Source: Rhodospirillales bacterium
GTDB taxonomy: Bacteria; Pseudomonadota; Alphaproteobacteria; Rhodospirillales; Casp-alpha2
Length of the DNA: 64,000 bases
Reading direction: 5' to 3'
Assembly (NCBI GenBank): GCA_040877275.1
Contig: JBBDOA010000116.1
Span: forward strand, 16,695-80,694
The position numbers and the translations under genes are program-made. The notes beneath the pieces are model-generated. The model was not told where the DNA came from, searched no databases, and saw only the letters and a list, made by a program, of their open reading frames with translations. Positions 9,252 to 19,240 of this stretch are shown here, piece by piece (within the stretch, counting starts at the first letter, position 1; every line of letters starts with the position of its first letter).

Positions 9252-10769
9252 TTACCGGCGCGGCAAGGTGACCATAACGGTTGTTCCCTTGCCGGGTTTA
9301 CTTTTGATATCGAGCGTGCCGTCATGGGCTTGCACCAGCGACTTGACGATGGCCAACCCCAGACCCACCCCATCCTGGGATTGGTAGGGGTCAGACACGC
9401 CCTTGACGAAGGGATCCGTGATCAGGGCTATTTTATTCTCGGGAATGCCGATACCGGTATCTGAGACCTTGAGTATATGAGACTCATCCGTTGCCTCGGC
9501 TGAAAGCGTCACGCAGCCATCACGTGGTGTGAACTTTATGGCATTGGCGAGCAGGTTGAGGATGATTTTCTTGACGGCCTGCTTGTCGGCATGAGCCGGC
9601 GGCAGATCACCGGGGATTTTCACGACGACGTCTACGCCGAGCGAACGGGCTTCGCTTTTGATGATCAACCGGCATTCCTCGACAACTTCAGCGATTTGCA
9701 CGTCCTGTTTGTTTGTGCTCAGCATGCCGGCCTCGATCGCCGTGACATCAAGTATGTCGCCGATCAGCGACAGTAAATGCTCTCCGCTCCAGCGAATGTC
9801 GTTGGCGTATTCCTGGTATCTGTCGTTGATCGCACCGAAGTATTGAAGGCTGATGGCGTCGGCAAATCCAATGATTGCATTGAGCGGGGTGCGCAGATCG
9901 TGACTCATGGCTGCCAGAAAATCGGACTTTCCGCGGTTTGCCGATTCTGCTTCCGCCATGGCGGTTTCAGCGGCTGATTTGGCGGCAATCAGGGCTATCT
10001 GGGCTTCTTTCATATCCGTAATATCGGTGCCGATGCCCCGGTACCCGAGAAATTTCCCTGCCGGACCAAAAACCGGCGTGCCGCTGATGCGTGCGAGAAT
10101 GGATTTTCCGTCATGAGCAGAAAATCCATATTCAAAATTTCTGAAGGGACGTCGGGCCTCCAGATCAGCCATATGGTTCGCCCATTTGGCCTTGTCTGCA
10201 TCCATACTGGCCGGGTCAACGTAGCGTGTCCGTGACGTGCCGATTTTGTCTTCGGGACGGAACCCGGTGATTTCAAAGTATCGTTGCGAATGATAGCTGA
10301 ACTTGAGATCCGGACCCATCTCCCAGAACCAGTCCGAGCCCAATTCGGCGAAATCCCTGAAGCGTTGCTGACTTTCCTGCGCTGCCTTTTCGGCTTGAAC
10401 CCGTTCTGTGATATCCGAATATGTCGTCACAAAGCAGCCGTTCGCCAGCGGCCTGCCGACAACTTCGACAATTCTGCCATTATATCTGTGTCGGTGGACC
10501 CGGTAGGGGGCAAATGTCCTGGCGATGGCCATGCGCTCTTCATAGCGTTCGTCGGCTGTTCCCTGGCCGCGGTAACTGCCTTGATCCGCGGCAAAGCGAA
10601 CCCACTTTGAAAAGGGATCACCCGCGGCAAACTGATCCGGGGGCATGTCGAGAATTTCAAGAAACCGGCGGTTATAGCCGAGGACGATCAAATCCTTATC
10701 ATAAACAACGACGCCCTGATCGACGTTGTCCAATGCAATTTCAAAGACGTTCCCTATGCTATTCGGCAT
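9252..10769 (-). CDS. Cytoplasmic PAS-PAS sensor histidine kinase (PleC/DivJ-like H-box)
   Basis: Two PAS-like domains (SDWFWEM), SHDLRTPLNAIIGF, NLLANAIKF, DTGIG, GVGLGL. Confidence 0.9.
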   Translation of the reverse strand: MPNSIGNVFEIALDNVDQGVVVYDKDLIVLGYNRRFLEILDMPPDQFAAGDPFSKWVRFAADQGSYRGQGTADERYEERMAIARTFAPYRVHRHRYNGRIVEVVGRPLANGCFVTTYSDITERVQAEKAAQESQQRFRDFAELGSDWFWEMGPDLKFSYHSQRYFEITGFRPEDKIGTSRTRYVDPASMDADKAKWANHMADLEARRPFRNFEYGFSAHDGKSILARISGTPVFGPAGKFLGYRGIGTDITDMKEAQIALIAAKSAAETAMAEAESANRGKSDFLAAMSHDLRTPLNAIIGFADAISLQYFGAINDRYQEYANDIRWSGEHLLSLIGDILDVTAIEAGMLSTNKQDVQIAEVVEECRLIIKSEARSLGVDVVVKIPGDLPPAHADKQAVKKIILNLLANAIKFTPRDGCVTLSAEATDESHILKVSDTGIGIPENKIALITDPFVKGVSDPYQSQDGVGLGLAIVKSLVQAHDGTLDIKSKPGKGTTVMVTLPRR

Positions 10770-10852
10770 GGGCCGATGATACGCCATTTCAACGCATTTC
10801 GAACATAAAACCTTTGGGTGGGAGCTGTTTATCAGCAGCAGACTCACGACCG

Positions 10853-12943
10853 TCACGATAATTGACCATGGCAGTGTTTATAGCGTTTGCCGGAGCCGCA
10901 AGGACAGTCGGCGTTACGCGAAACATTGCCCCAAGTATAATAGGCTTCCTGGACAAAATCCTCTTTTTCCCAATCGCCGCCTGCCTTTGCGGGTAAAATA
11001 GCTGACGGATCATTGATCGTAGCAAGTGCCATGTCCCGCATCTCATCGAGAATACCTGCGAGTTCATTGGCAATGAATGATCCAAGCAACCGACGCTTGT
11101 CATGATCATCAATGCGTCCCAGGTAATGTCGAACACATATCAGGATTGAATCCAGCGTGCCGCGGAACATCACGATGATCGCTGCGGCTGAAGAGTTCAG
11201 GGCTAATTTGCTGTCCGCCATTGTATATTCAACAGTGCGGTTTGTCAGTTCCATGAAGGCAAGCAGGTAACGTAAGTCTGTATAGGCATCGGGGTTGCCC
11301 AGTAATTCCTTTGCCCGGGTGACAAAGCGTTCGATTTCTTCAATGAGCCGGGATTCATTCCAACTGGCGCGGAACCAGTCGCTATCCATGACCACGGTCC
11401 TTTCGGAGACCCTGGTCAGATCGTGACGTTTTGCTTCCGGGCTTCCCTTAAGCTGTAATTCACCGGAACGGATGGGTTTCGCACCTTCGACACGGGCACC
11501 ATTGCTGCAGTTTACGATGCGCCGATCTGCACCAAAGAAGGCAATCGTCTCCCGGATAACCTTGAGCCCTGAAAGAAAATCCTCGGACGCAAAAAACTGC
11601 CCTTCGAAGTTGGCGGGCACCCGGGTTTCATACTTGCGCGTATAGCCGACAATTGCGTTGTCGGTGAAAAGTACGTTGTCCCTGGCGTGATCGAGGCCGT
11701 CACCACGTGAGCCAAAGTCAGTACCAAGCATGTAAATCTCGGAAGCACCGATATCCAGTGCGAGCGAAAAGCTCGCATTGACGACCAATGGCCCGGATAC
11801 GCGCAAGGACTGGCGCTCATTGCGGCAATACAATGGATGCGGACTTATGCCCTCCCGAAAGTAATAAATGACATTGTCGAAAAATGGCACGATGTGCGGT
11901 TCAATAGATGTGGTTGTCACAAGGCAAACCGGAGACAGGTCAAACTCCCGGGCCAGTTGGTTAATCGACGAAAAGACGTGAATATTTTCCATTTCGACGT
12001 GAAAATCAGGAACGATACCGTTGACCAGCATGGAACGGATCGCTGTTCCGGTTGTAATGATGATGGCGCTATCGGCGTGCTTTTTGATGAAATCCAGATC
12101 GTCGTCCAGTGATGGCCCGGCACCGACCACAAAGACAGGGGTTGAGAGGACCGGTTCTTCGGTGCGGACAAAAATCCTGTTTGGCGGGTTATGCAGGTTG
12201 AGATATGAGTTCTTCATCATCAGCGTTTCGTCGAGCATGAAGCCGGGTAAATACATAAGTGGCGCATTTAAAAGCAAACTTTGCGCAACAGCTTGCGCCC
12301 GCTCCGGATCACCATACGTAAAGATTTTGGTGCCATCGAATGCTGCCGGATTGTGCTCTGTAACGACGCGCTGAATCTGGTTCATGACGATATCTATCGG
12401 CTCGTCAATGGTTACAAACACGCCGCCGCCACCTTTTTCCATGCGTTCAAAAAGTGCATGCCACGGATAGACGTGCAGCGAGTGATGAAGGTTGTCTAGA
12501 TCTGGGTCTATGATCTGCAAGAAGACGGGAGAAACAGCGTCAACAAGTGGATCAATGTGTAATCCGAGATCAATGCCGAAAATCAGGAAAAAAAAGCACT
12601 GACCGTTCGGAGCCCCCTTGGCGAAGCTGATCGCGTTCGTGCGCGCCTGAATGAGCAGTTTTTTCAGGAACCGGTTGCCAAAGCGATCAAATCGTCCGAG
12701 TTCCGGAGGAGTCAGTGCAATTGTTGTTGGGAAATCCTTGAACTTTTGCACCAATGCGTCGGCGTGGGCACGGGCGCGATAGCCGAAAACCGCATTACCG
12801 TTCTTTAAAATTTCTGGATTGCCCGATTCATCGAACACAAGCTTTGACACGGGTCGGTGTCCGACAAGGTATTTGTGGACGTGTGGATTATGTTGTTTGA
12901 ACGCGGCAAGATTTTTTTCGAACAAGATTTCAGCGTCTTGCAT
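10853..12943 (-). CDS. Maf/DUF115 (motility-associated-factor-like glycosyltransferase) with C-terminal SEC-C motif
   Basis: [49 protein letters not shown]; C-terminal [18 protein letters not shown]. Confidence 0.8.
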   Translation of the reverse strand: MQDAEILFEKNLAAFKQHNPHVHKYLVGHRPVSKLVFDESGNPEILKNGNAVFGYRARAHADALVQKFKDFPTTIALTPPELGRFDRFGNRFLKKLLIQARTNAISFAKGAPNGQCFFFLIFGIDLGLHIDPLVDAVSPVFLQIIDPDLDNLHHSLHVYPWHALFERMEKGGGGVFVTIDEPIDIVMNQIQRVVTEHNPAAFDGTKIFTYGDPERAQAVAQSLLLNAPLMYLPGFMLDETLMMKNSYLNLHNPPNRIFVRTEEPVLSTPVFVVGAGPSLDDDLDFIKKHADSAIIITTGTAIRSMLVNGIVPDFHVEMENIHVFSSINQLAREFDLSPVCLVTTTSIEPHIVPFFDNVIYYFREGISPHPLYCRNERQSLRVSGPLVVNASFSLALDIGASEIYMLGTDFGSRGDGLDHARDNVLFTDNAIVGYTRKYETRVPANFEGQFFASEDFLSGLKVIRETIAFFGADRRIVNCSNGARVEGAKPIRSGELQLKGSPEAKRHDLTRVSERTVVMDSDWFRASWNESRLIEEIERFVTRAKELLGNPDAYTDLRYLLAFMELTNRTVEYTMADSKLALNSSAAAIIVMFRGTLDSILICVRHYLGRIDDHDKRRLLGSFIANELAGILDEMRDMALATINDPSAILPAKAGGDWEKEDFVQEAYYTWGNVSRNADCPCGSGKRYKHCHGQLS

Positions 12944-13072
12944 TTAGCGGTTCTTACCTGACAAAAAAGATTTAACCAGGGACGTGATTGAGTAAATTTT
13001 CAGTCAATATACCGCGTCTGTCAGTATATTTTTCAGTTTAAGACATCATCCGCGGTTATCAACAGATGCCGT

Positions 13073-14893
13073 TCAGGGCTGAGCCTTGAAATACGGCAGA
13101 TCGTCTTCATTGGTGCAGCCAAGGGTTACCAGTCGCTCCGTTATTTTGACGGCGCGCTGATATTTCGTTTCGCATTCGCTGCGTGACAAGGCATTCATGT
13201 GCGGGCCGACAAGGGCAACGCCGTAATTGGCCTGCAGCGTCCTGACTTTTCGTCGGGTTCCGAGGCCGTCGGCAATCCAGCCCAGATCAAATTCCATCTG
13301 TTTGACGACGCTGTAACCGCGATTGAGGATATCCGCCCGCATTTCGGCTTCGGTCGCCAGGGTCGTTTCCCAATAGGCGCCTTCCGAAGTGGATGCCTCT
13401 GCCGATGCCCGAACGAAGGCATCGCAAAATAACAGATAGGCAATTTCCTGTTGTGACGCGGTGCGCCAGGCACTGTCGGCAAGGCTGTTCCAGACGGAAA
13501 TGTTCAGTCCGGCATAAATTTCCGGGACCTTGGTGAAGAAAATTTTATGCAGCTTGTTATCGTTGATCGTCAGATCGAGCCTGCGTTCCTTGTAAATATC
13601 AACCGCCGAGTAGATACCGCATACGGGACACGCATCACCTTCCGTCTCGTTTTTTCTGTAGATATGCGAACAAGGCAGGCCGCGCGCGATATCGTTTTTA
13701 CAGAGAAGATAGGTTTCCGGCTCATTCTCATCGTCCTGTTGCTGGCCGATCCAGTTGAAGCGGTTCTGAAACTGCATAAAGGATCGTGGCGGCGACCACA
13801 GGGTCCATTTGAGCTTTTCAACCGGACCAAAAGTCGTCCAGTTCGAGCTGACATCAATGACGACGCATTTTGTCTTGCCCGGCGATGAGCGCAGCCCGCG
13901 GCCGACGGACTGCCCCCACAGGACTTTCGATAACGTCGGCCGCATATGCACGATGATGTTGCATTCGGGGTTGTCCCATCCTTCCGTCAGCACGCCAACG
14001 GAAACCAGGGCCTCGATATCACCGCTGTTGTGGCCGCTCAGAATTTGGCGTCGCTCCTTCAGCGGTGTGCCGGCCGTGATGATCGCTACCGTGACGCCGA
14101 TGCTTTCGATTCTGTCGCGCGTGATCTCGGCGACCCGGATATCGGGGCAAAACCATGCTGATATCGGCTGGGCATCGATTGCCGCCCGTTCTTCCATGTA
14201 GGCACGGATGGCATAATCAAGCATGGATGATTTGATGATCTCGTCGGTCAGCCGCGAGACGGGAAATTCACCGGCACTGACATCGATATGATCCAGATCC
14301 AGATCGTGAACAAAATGCGGACGGTACTCCGGCTGGACGAGAATGCCTTCTGATATGAGATCCTGGATATCCGCACAGTCTATGATCGCATCAAACGCCA
14401 GACTGAGTTGATCGCGCTGATCCCCGGTACGCCGTTCCGGCGACGCGGTCAGGCCCATGAAGTGGGCCGTCTGTTTACCATCCTTTTTGAATTTTTCGAT
14501 GATGCGCCGGTAACCGCGCCCGTTCGGTGACACACGATGCGCCTCATCGACAATGATCAGGTCGGCCTTGGGGATGGCGTCATCCAGAACTTCCCTGGCC
14601 CGCATGCTGGTCGACAGCAGGATGTCATAATCGTCGAAAGCCGTTCCCTTGTCGGAAACGGCCAGCGTCCTGACACGCCTGCTTTCACCCAGCGCCTCCT
14701 GCAGCTGATCCAGCAGCACGAGGCGGTGGCAAAGGACAATGACTTTCTTGTCGGCATAAAACTGATCAATGATTTGCCGTGCAAGCACGGTTTTTCCGGC
14801 ACCGGTTGGTGCTTTTAATATGAACCGTTTATAGGTGGCCGAGATCGACGGGAAATCATCGATGATTTTCTGCTGCCAGTTTCGAAGCTGCAT
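13073..14893 (-). CDS. SF2 DEAD/DEAH-box helicase (RadD/Irc3-like) with Cys cluster and C-terminal extension
   Basis: LRNWQ, APTGAGKT, DEAH, GLTASPER, LTEGWD, QSVGRGLR; C..C..CPVC. Confidence 0.85.
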   Translation of the reverse strand: MQLRNWQQKIIDDFPSISATYKRFILKAPTGAGKTVLARQIIDQFYADKKVIVLCHRLVLLDQLQEALGESRRVRTLAVSDKGTAFDDYDILLSTSMRAREVLDDAIPKADLIIVDEAHRVSPNGRGYRRIIEKFKKDGKQTAHFMGLTASPERRTGDQRDQLSLAFDAIIDCADIQDLISEGILVQPEYRPHFVHDLDLDHIDVSAGEFPVSRLTDEIIKSSMLDYAIRAYMEERAAIDAQPISAWFCPDIRVAEITRDRIESIGVTVAIITAGTPLKERRQILSGHNSGDIEALVSVGVLTEGWDNPECNIIVHMRPTLSKVLWGQSVGRGLRSSPGKTKCVVIDVSSNWTTFGPVEKLKWTLWSPPRSFMQFQNRFNWIGQQQDDENEPETYLLCKNDIARGLPCSHIYRKNETEGDACPVCGIYSAVDIYKERRLDLTINDNKLHKIFFTKVPEIYAGLNISVWNSLADSAWRTASQQEIAYLLFCDAFVRASAEASTSEGAYWETTLATEAEMRADILNRGYSVVKQMEFDLGWIADGLGTRRKVRTLQANYGVALVGPHMNALSRSECETKYQRAVKITERLVTLGCTNEDDLPYFKAQP

Positions 14894-15099
14894 TAAAATC
14901 CTAACAAAATAAACAAAGCCAGCGAGTATACATGATTTACGTTGGATAGCCACAAAAGGGTGGCCGCAAGAGGTGGATACATATTGGTTCCCGACGACAC
15001 AGAAAAGGCCGCATTGTCAGGGACAACCACTGATGATGCAGGAAGTCGCTTTCAGGGACCTTACAACGCTGAAATGCGCAAGGGCCGTATTGACGTCGA

Positions 15100-16533
15100 T
15101 CAGGCCTGAACGGCGGGCAGGGTGATGGTGACCGAAAGCCCGCCTTCCTCGCGGTTGGCCAGCGAAATGTCGCCACCGTGTCGGCGGACGATGTCGCGGG
15201 CAATCGCCATGCCGAGACCAATGCCGCCGGTATCCGCGTTTCTGGATGTGTCGAGGCGGACAAACGGCTCGAATATACGTTCGAAATCATTGGCCGGAAT
15301 GCCGGGCCCTTCATCTTCAATGATGATTTGGGGGCCGGACGGCGTGTTTTTCAGTGTGACCGTGGCATGCTTGCCATACGTGGCGGCATTTTCGATCAGG
15401 TTGGTCAGCGCCCGTCTCAGCGCCGATGGTCGGCAAGGATAGACAAGCTTTGCCGGGGCATTGACCGTGATCGCATGACCAATAGCCCCCAGATCGTCAC
15501 CGACCGCCTCGATCAGGGCGGCCAGTTCGGTGGCCCGGGTCGGCTCGCTCGAGGCTTCTTCACGGGCAAAGGCCAGGGTTGCCTCGACCATGTGCTGCAT
15601 GTCGGACAGTGTGGCGATCATGCGTTCACGGGCCTCGTCATCATCGAGCATTTCGGCGCGCAGCCTGAGCGAGGTGATCGGTGTGCGGAGGTCATGGCTG
15701 ATCGCGGCCAGCATCTGCGTGCGGTCGGCGACGAACTTGTGCAGGCGTTCCTGCATCTCGTTGAAGGCGCGGATGGTTTCGCGGACATCGGCCGGGCCGT
15801 CTTCCTTGAGGGGGCTGACGGTCTCGCCGCGGCCGAGCCTGCCGGCAGCGGCGGACAACTGGCCAAGCGGCCGGGTGATGCGGCGGAGCGCAAACGCGAC
15901 GATGACACTGATGGCGATGGCGGTGACGATAAATGTAATCCAGCCATCGGTTCGGATCAGGCGGAGCGGCGGACGCGACTGCAGGGCGGCGTTCATCCAG
16001 CGATCCGGACCCAGCGCAATGGCGACAACCGTGCTGCCGTGGTCAAACTGACGGGGTGCGCCGGTGGCCGCCGGGACACCCTGTACCCTGGATTTCATTT
16101 TGTGAGGGGCATCGTCATCCTCGTCGTGCTGACGATAAACACGGATCTGGTCCGGACGCAGGTCATCCAGTTCGGCGGCGATGCGCTGGGCCAGCTCGCG
16201 GGCGCGTTTGGCGTCGCCCCGTTCGTCGCCATCGGTCGGTTTGCTGATCGCCGGCTGATCGCTGACCCACACCTGCAGGCGGCGGCTGACGAGCGCCTGG
16301 GCGATCTTGTCCTGCTGTTCGACCGGCATGTCCCTCAGCAGCGCTGCCAGCGGTGCGATACGGACCGCCATGAAACGGGTTTCGGCACCTTCAAAATATG
16401 ACTGCGTCTCGCTGCGGATGATCAGGGCGGCGGCAATCTGGGCGCTGAACAGGGCAATGATCAGCAGCATGATGGTCTGTCCCATCAGACGTTTCGGCCA
16501 CAGCTTTGCCAAAAGGACGCGGAGCGCGTTCAT
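15100..16533 (-). CDS. HAMP-domain membrane sensor histidine kinase
   Basis: Two TM segments, HAMP, SHDLRTP, NLIENA, DEGPGI, GIGLG. Confidence 0.92.
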   Translation of the reverse strand: MNALRVLLAKLWPKRLMGQTIMLLIIALFSAQIAAALIIRSETQSYFEGAETRFMAVRIAPLAALLRDMPVEQQDKIAQALVSRRLQVWVSDQPAISKPTDGDERGDAKRARELAQRIAAELDDLRPDQIRVYRQHDEDDDAPHKMKSRVQGVPAATGAPRQFDHGSTVVAIALGPDRWMNAALQSRPPLRLIRTDGWITFIVTAIAISVIVAFALRRITRPLGQLSAAAGRLGRGETVSPLKEDGPADVRETIRAFNEMQERLHKFVADRTQMLAAISHDLRTPITSLRLRAEMLDDDEARERMIATLSDMQHMVEATLAFAREEASSEPTRATELAALIEAVGDDLGAIGHAITVNAPAKLVYPCRPSALRRALTNLIENAATYGKHATVTLKNTPSGPQIIIEDEGPGIPANDFERIFEPFVRLDTSRNADTGGIGLGMAIARDIVRRHGGDISLANREEGGLSVTITLPAVQA

Positions 16534-17249
16534 GCGACGTCAACGTCAGCCGTGAATTTGTAGCCGCCGCCCCATACGGTCTGGATGATGGTCGGCTTCC
16601 TGGGATCAACCTCGATTTTTTTCCTGAGCCGGCTGACCTGATTATCGATGCTGCGGTCGAACAGCACCGCATCGCGACCGGCGGTAAGGTCAAGCAGCTG
16701 TTCGCGGCTCAGTACCCGGTTCGGGCGTTGCAGCAGAACATTGAGCAGACGGAATTCGGCGCTCGACAGCGCCACCGCGACACCATCGGTGCCGATCAGT
16801 TCGCGTCGGCGGGAATCAAGCGTCCATTGATCGAACGTGATGGTGCCGCCCGCCGGGGCTTCAATAGCCGGTGGCATGGCCTGGGTCCGGCGCAGCACGG
16901 CCTTGATACGGGCCAGCAGCTCGCGCGGGTTGAACGGTTTGGTCAGATAATCATCGGCACCAACCTCAAGGCCGACAATGCGGTCGGTTTCCTCGCTCAT
17001 CGCGGTCAGCAGGATCACCGGTAGATCGGTGGTCTCGCGCAGATGCCGGCACAGCGACAAGCCGTCCTCGCCCGGCATCATGACGTCGAGTACGACCAGA
17101 TCGGGAGCGGTATCCTTGAGCCGCTCGCGCAGCTCGGCACCGCCGCTGGCAACCGAGGTCCGCATCCCGTTTTTCGTCAGATAACGGGCCAGCGGGGTGC
17201 GGATGTCTTCGTGGTCATCGACCACCAGGATATGCGGTGTTGTGCTCAT
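16530..17249 (-). CDS. OmpR-family response regulator
   Basis: REC (VVDD, LDVMMPG, KPF) plus winged-helix (DRSIDNQVSRLRKKIE, TVWGGGY); overlaps kinase start. Confidence 0.93.
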   Translation of the reverse strand: MSTTPHILVVDDHEDIRTPLARYLTKNGMRTSVASGGAELRERLKDTAPDLVVLDVMMPGEDGLSLCRHLRETTDLPVILLTAMSEETDRIVGLEVGADDYLTKPFNPRELLARIKAVLRRTQAMPPAIEAPAGGTITFDQWTLDSRRRELIGTDGVAVALSSAEFRLLNVLLQRPNRVLSREQLLDLTAGRDAVLFDRSIDNQVSRLRKKIEVDPRKPTIIQTVWGGGYKFTADVDVA

Positions 17250-17295
17250 GGCTTCTGTTATAGCGCCTTGCAGGCCCGGCGCCGCATGCAAAATT

Positions 17296-17373
17296 TGTAT
17301 CCGGATGTGACAGCTCTGCCATTCGTCACACATTGCGACAATTGGGCAGGATGCCCGGCATAGTTTTGCGACA
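17296..17373. promoter_or_regulatory. Putative OmpR-type tandem operator in divergent promoter
   Basis: GTCACA-N4-GCGACA (17325-17340), inverted GTCACA-N4-GATACA (17296-17311), extra GCGACA (17368-17373). Confidence 0.45.
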
Positions 17374-17418
17374 AAACAGGCTTAGCTTGTCCTCATCTGA
17401 ACACACACCAATGAGGTT

Positions 17419-17880
17419 ATGAAAATGAAAAACAGAACAAAATTTCTTGCAGCGCTTGGACTGATCAGCGGCCTTGCCGTGACCGGCTATGCGCTCAACG
17501 CCGATGCCGGCGGATCACACGGCCGTGATGGCGGTCATCACAAGGGCAAGCGCATGATGCACATGATGGAGCGTTATGACGTCAACGGCGACAGTGCCCT
17601 GACCCAGGACGAAGTACTGGGCGAACGCGCGAAACAGTTCAAGACGTTCGACAAGAATACAGACGGCGTTCTTGATCTTGCCGAATACAAGGCGCTTTGG
17701 GCTGAAGCGATGAATGAACGGATGGTCAGGGGCTTCCAGCGTTACGACCGCGACGGCGACGGTAGGGTTTCCGAGCAGGATTACTCGAAAAAGATTGCCC
17801 GCATGATTGCCTGGATGGACAAAAACGGTGATGCCAAGGTCGACCGTGACGATTTCCACCGCCCGCACAAGGCCGACTGA
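17419..17880 (+). CDS. Secreted EF-hand protein (four EF-hand loops, His/Met-rich linker)
   Basis: Signal peptide; DVNGDSALTQDE, DKNTDGVLDLAE, DRDGDGRVSEQD, DKNGDAKVDRDD. Confidence 0.85.
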   Translation: MKMKNRTKFLAALGLISGLAVTGYALNADAGGSHGRDGGHHKGKRMMHMMERYDVNGDSALTQDEVLGERAKQFKTFDKNTDGVLDLAEYKALWAEAMNERMVRGFQRYDRDGDGRVSEQDYSKKIARMIAWMDKNGDAKVDRDDFHRPHKAD

Positions 17881-17908
17881 TCGCCTTCCTCACGATTGGT
17901 TGACAGTC

Positions 17909-17950
17909 AAAAAGCCGGTCAGGCCCTAACGGGTCTGGCCGGTTTTTTTT
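17909..17950. terminator. Bidirectional intrinsic terminator
   Basis: aaaaagccggtcaggccc-taac-gggtctggccggtttttttt between convergent genes. Confidence 0.8.
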
Positions 17951-17959
17951 GGCCGGTTC

Positions 17960-19117
17960 TTATAGTGGCAGATCTATTTGTATGATGTATCGCCTCGGGC
18001 CTTCCTGCAGGCTTTCGACGGTACCGCCGTGCGCCCTGACGATGGCGCGGATCAGCGGCAGGCCCTTGAACAGGCTGTCGAGATCAGGGGCACCGATAGT
18101 GCGTGCTTCGTTCGTGTTGTTGGCAGGCATCGGCGGGGTCGGTGAAATCACTTTGAGCGTCAGTCCCGTTTTGGCATCGAACGACGTCTCGACATCGATC
18201 GTCAGGCCGCGTCCGGTGGTTTCAACGGTCGCCTCGATCAGGCGCCGGATACATTGCGTAAGACGGTCCTGATCGCCGCGGATGCGGCCCTTTGTCGAGC
18301 TCCACTTGCGCCTCAGCATGACGCCACGGCGCTCTGCTGGTCCGGCGGCGGCACGGCAGGTCTTGTCGACGATTTCTTCCAGATCGATTTGCGTCATCGG
18401 CCCCAGCGGAATGTTCACGCCGTATTCCGCCAGCGTGGTGTCGACCAGGGTGTTCATGGCATCAAGCAGATGCGAGGCAGCACTGCGGATGTCGCGGGCA
18501 TACTCGGCATATCCGACGGGATGTACGGGACCCAACGTCTGATTGGCGATCATTTCGGAAAAGCCGACAATGGCGTTGAGGGGGGTTCGCAACTGGTGGC
18601 TTAACTGATTGAGCAGATTGATCAGCGGCTCCTGATCCTTGGAAAAATCGCCATGGCTGGCAGGCGGTTGTATTGCCGTGCGGGCATCGAACGTCTGCCC
18701 CATTTTTTCGGCGCATTCGCGAATGAACTTTTCAACCTCCGCCGCGACCATCGGCGAGATATCGATACGGCGGCGGCGGGCATCCTCGGCATCCGGCACC
18801 TTGCTGATCGCGCCGCGGCGTTCCAGTTCGGCAAGTCCGGAGATCGCCGTACCTTTCGACAGCCGGGTTGCAAGATAGATGTCGGTGACGTTCGGTGTGA
18901 CGCCCTGCAGATAGCTCTGCATCAGAAAATACAGGATATCCCAGGTTGATCGATTGAACGCATCCGGTTGTTTATCAATCGAAAGCAGGTCGCTTAAGCG
19001 TTCCGATATATCCCGGTGCCGGTATAATTCATAGCGAACAACATGTTCCAGAACGCGTGCGCGCTCTGAAATCTCAGGGGTTTTCTCCGATATTGTAGGC
19101 TCTGCCATCGACTCCAT
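17960..19117 (-). CDS. MarR-like winged-helix domain fused to HisKA and a degenerate HATPase (pseudo-histidine kinase)
   Basis: WDIL...LSKGTAISGLAELERRGAISKVPDAEDARRRRI; SHQLRTPLNAIVGFSEMI; N/G1/G2 boxes lost; start uncertain (19108-19138). Confidence 0.75.
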   Translation of the reverse strand: MESMAEPTISEKTPEISERARVLEHVVRYELYRHRDISERLSDLLSIDKQPDAFNRSTWDILYFLMQSYLQGVTPNVTDIYLATRLSKGTAISGLAELERRGAISKVPDAEDARRRRIDISPMVAAEVEKFIRECAEKMGQTFDARTAIQPPASHGDFSKDQEPLINLLNQLSHQLRTPLNAIVGFSEMIANQTLGPVHPVGYAEYARDIRSAASHLLDAMNTLVDTTLAEYGVNIPLGPMTQIDLEEIVDKTCRAAAGPAERRGVMLRRKWSSTKGRIRGDQDRLTQCIRRLIEATVETTGRGLTIDVETSFDAKTGLTLKVISPTPPMPANNTNEARTIGAPDLDSLFKGLPLIRAIVRAHGGTVESLQEGPRRYIIQIDLPL

Positions 19118-19240
19118 CCCACATAAGCCTGAACGCATAACCGTTCAGATCTGATCTGGCTTAGTGTAGGATTGAACCGAATACCGGTATATAGGTGTAA
19201 TCCACAGTCCTAATTAAGGACGGAATCGGTACGCAGATGG

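Noticed and set aside
10853-10930. secA fragment
   Set aside because: Only the SEC-C motif is present, in frame with a Maf-like protein; no SecA ATPase motifs.
13073-14893. Type I/III restriction subunit
   Set aside because: No methyltransferase or specificity gene nearby and no evident PD-(D/E)xK motif.
17419-17880. Lanmodulin
   Set aside because: EF loops lack the position-2 proline typical of lanmodulin, and there is no xoxF or lanthanide-uptake context.
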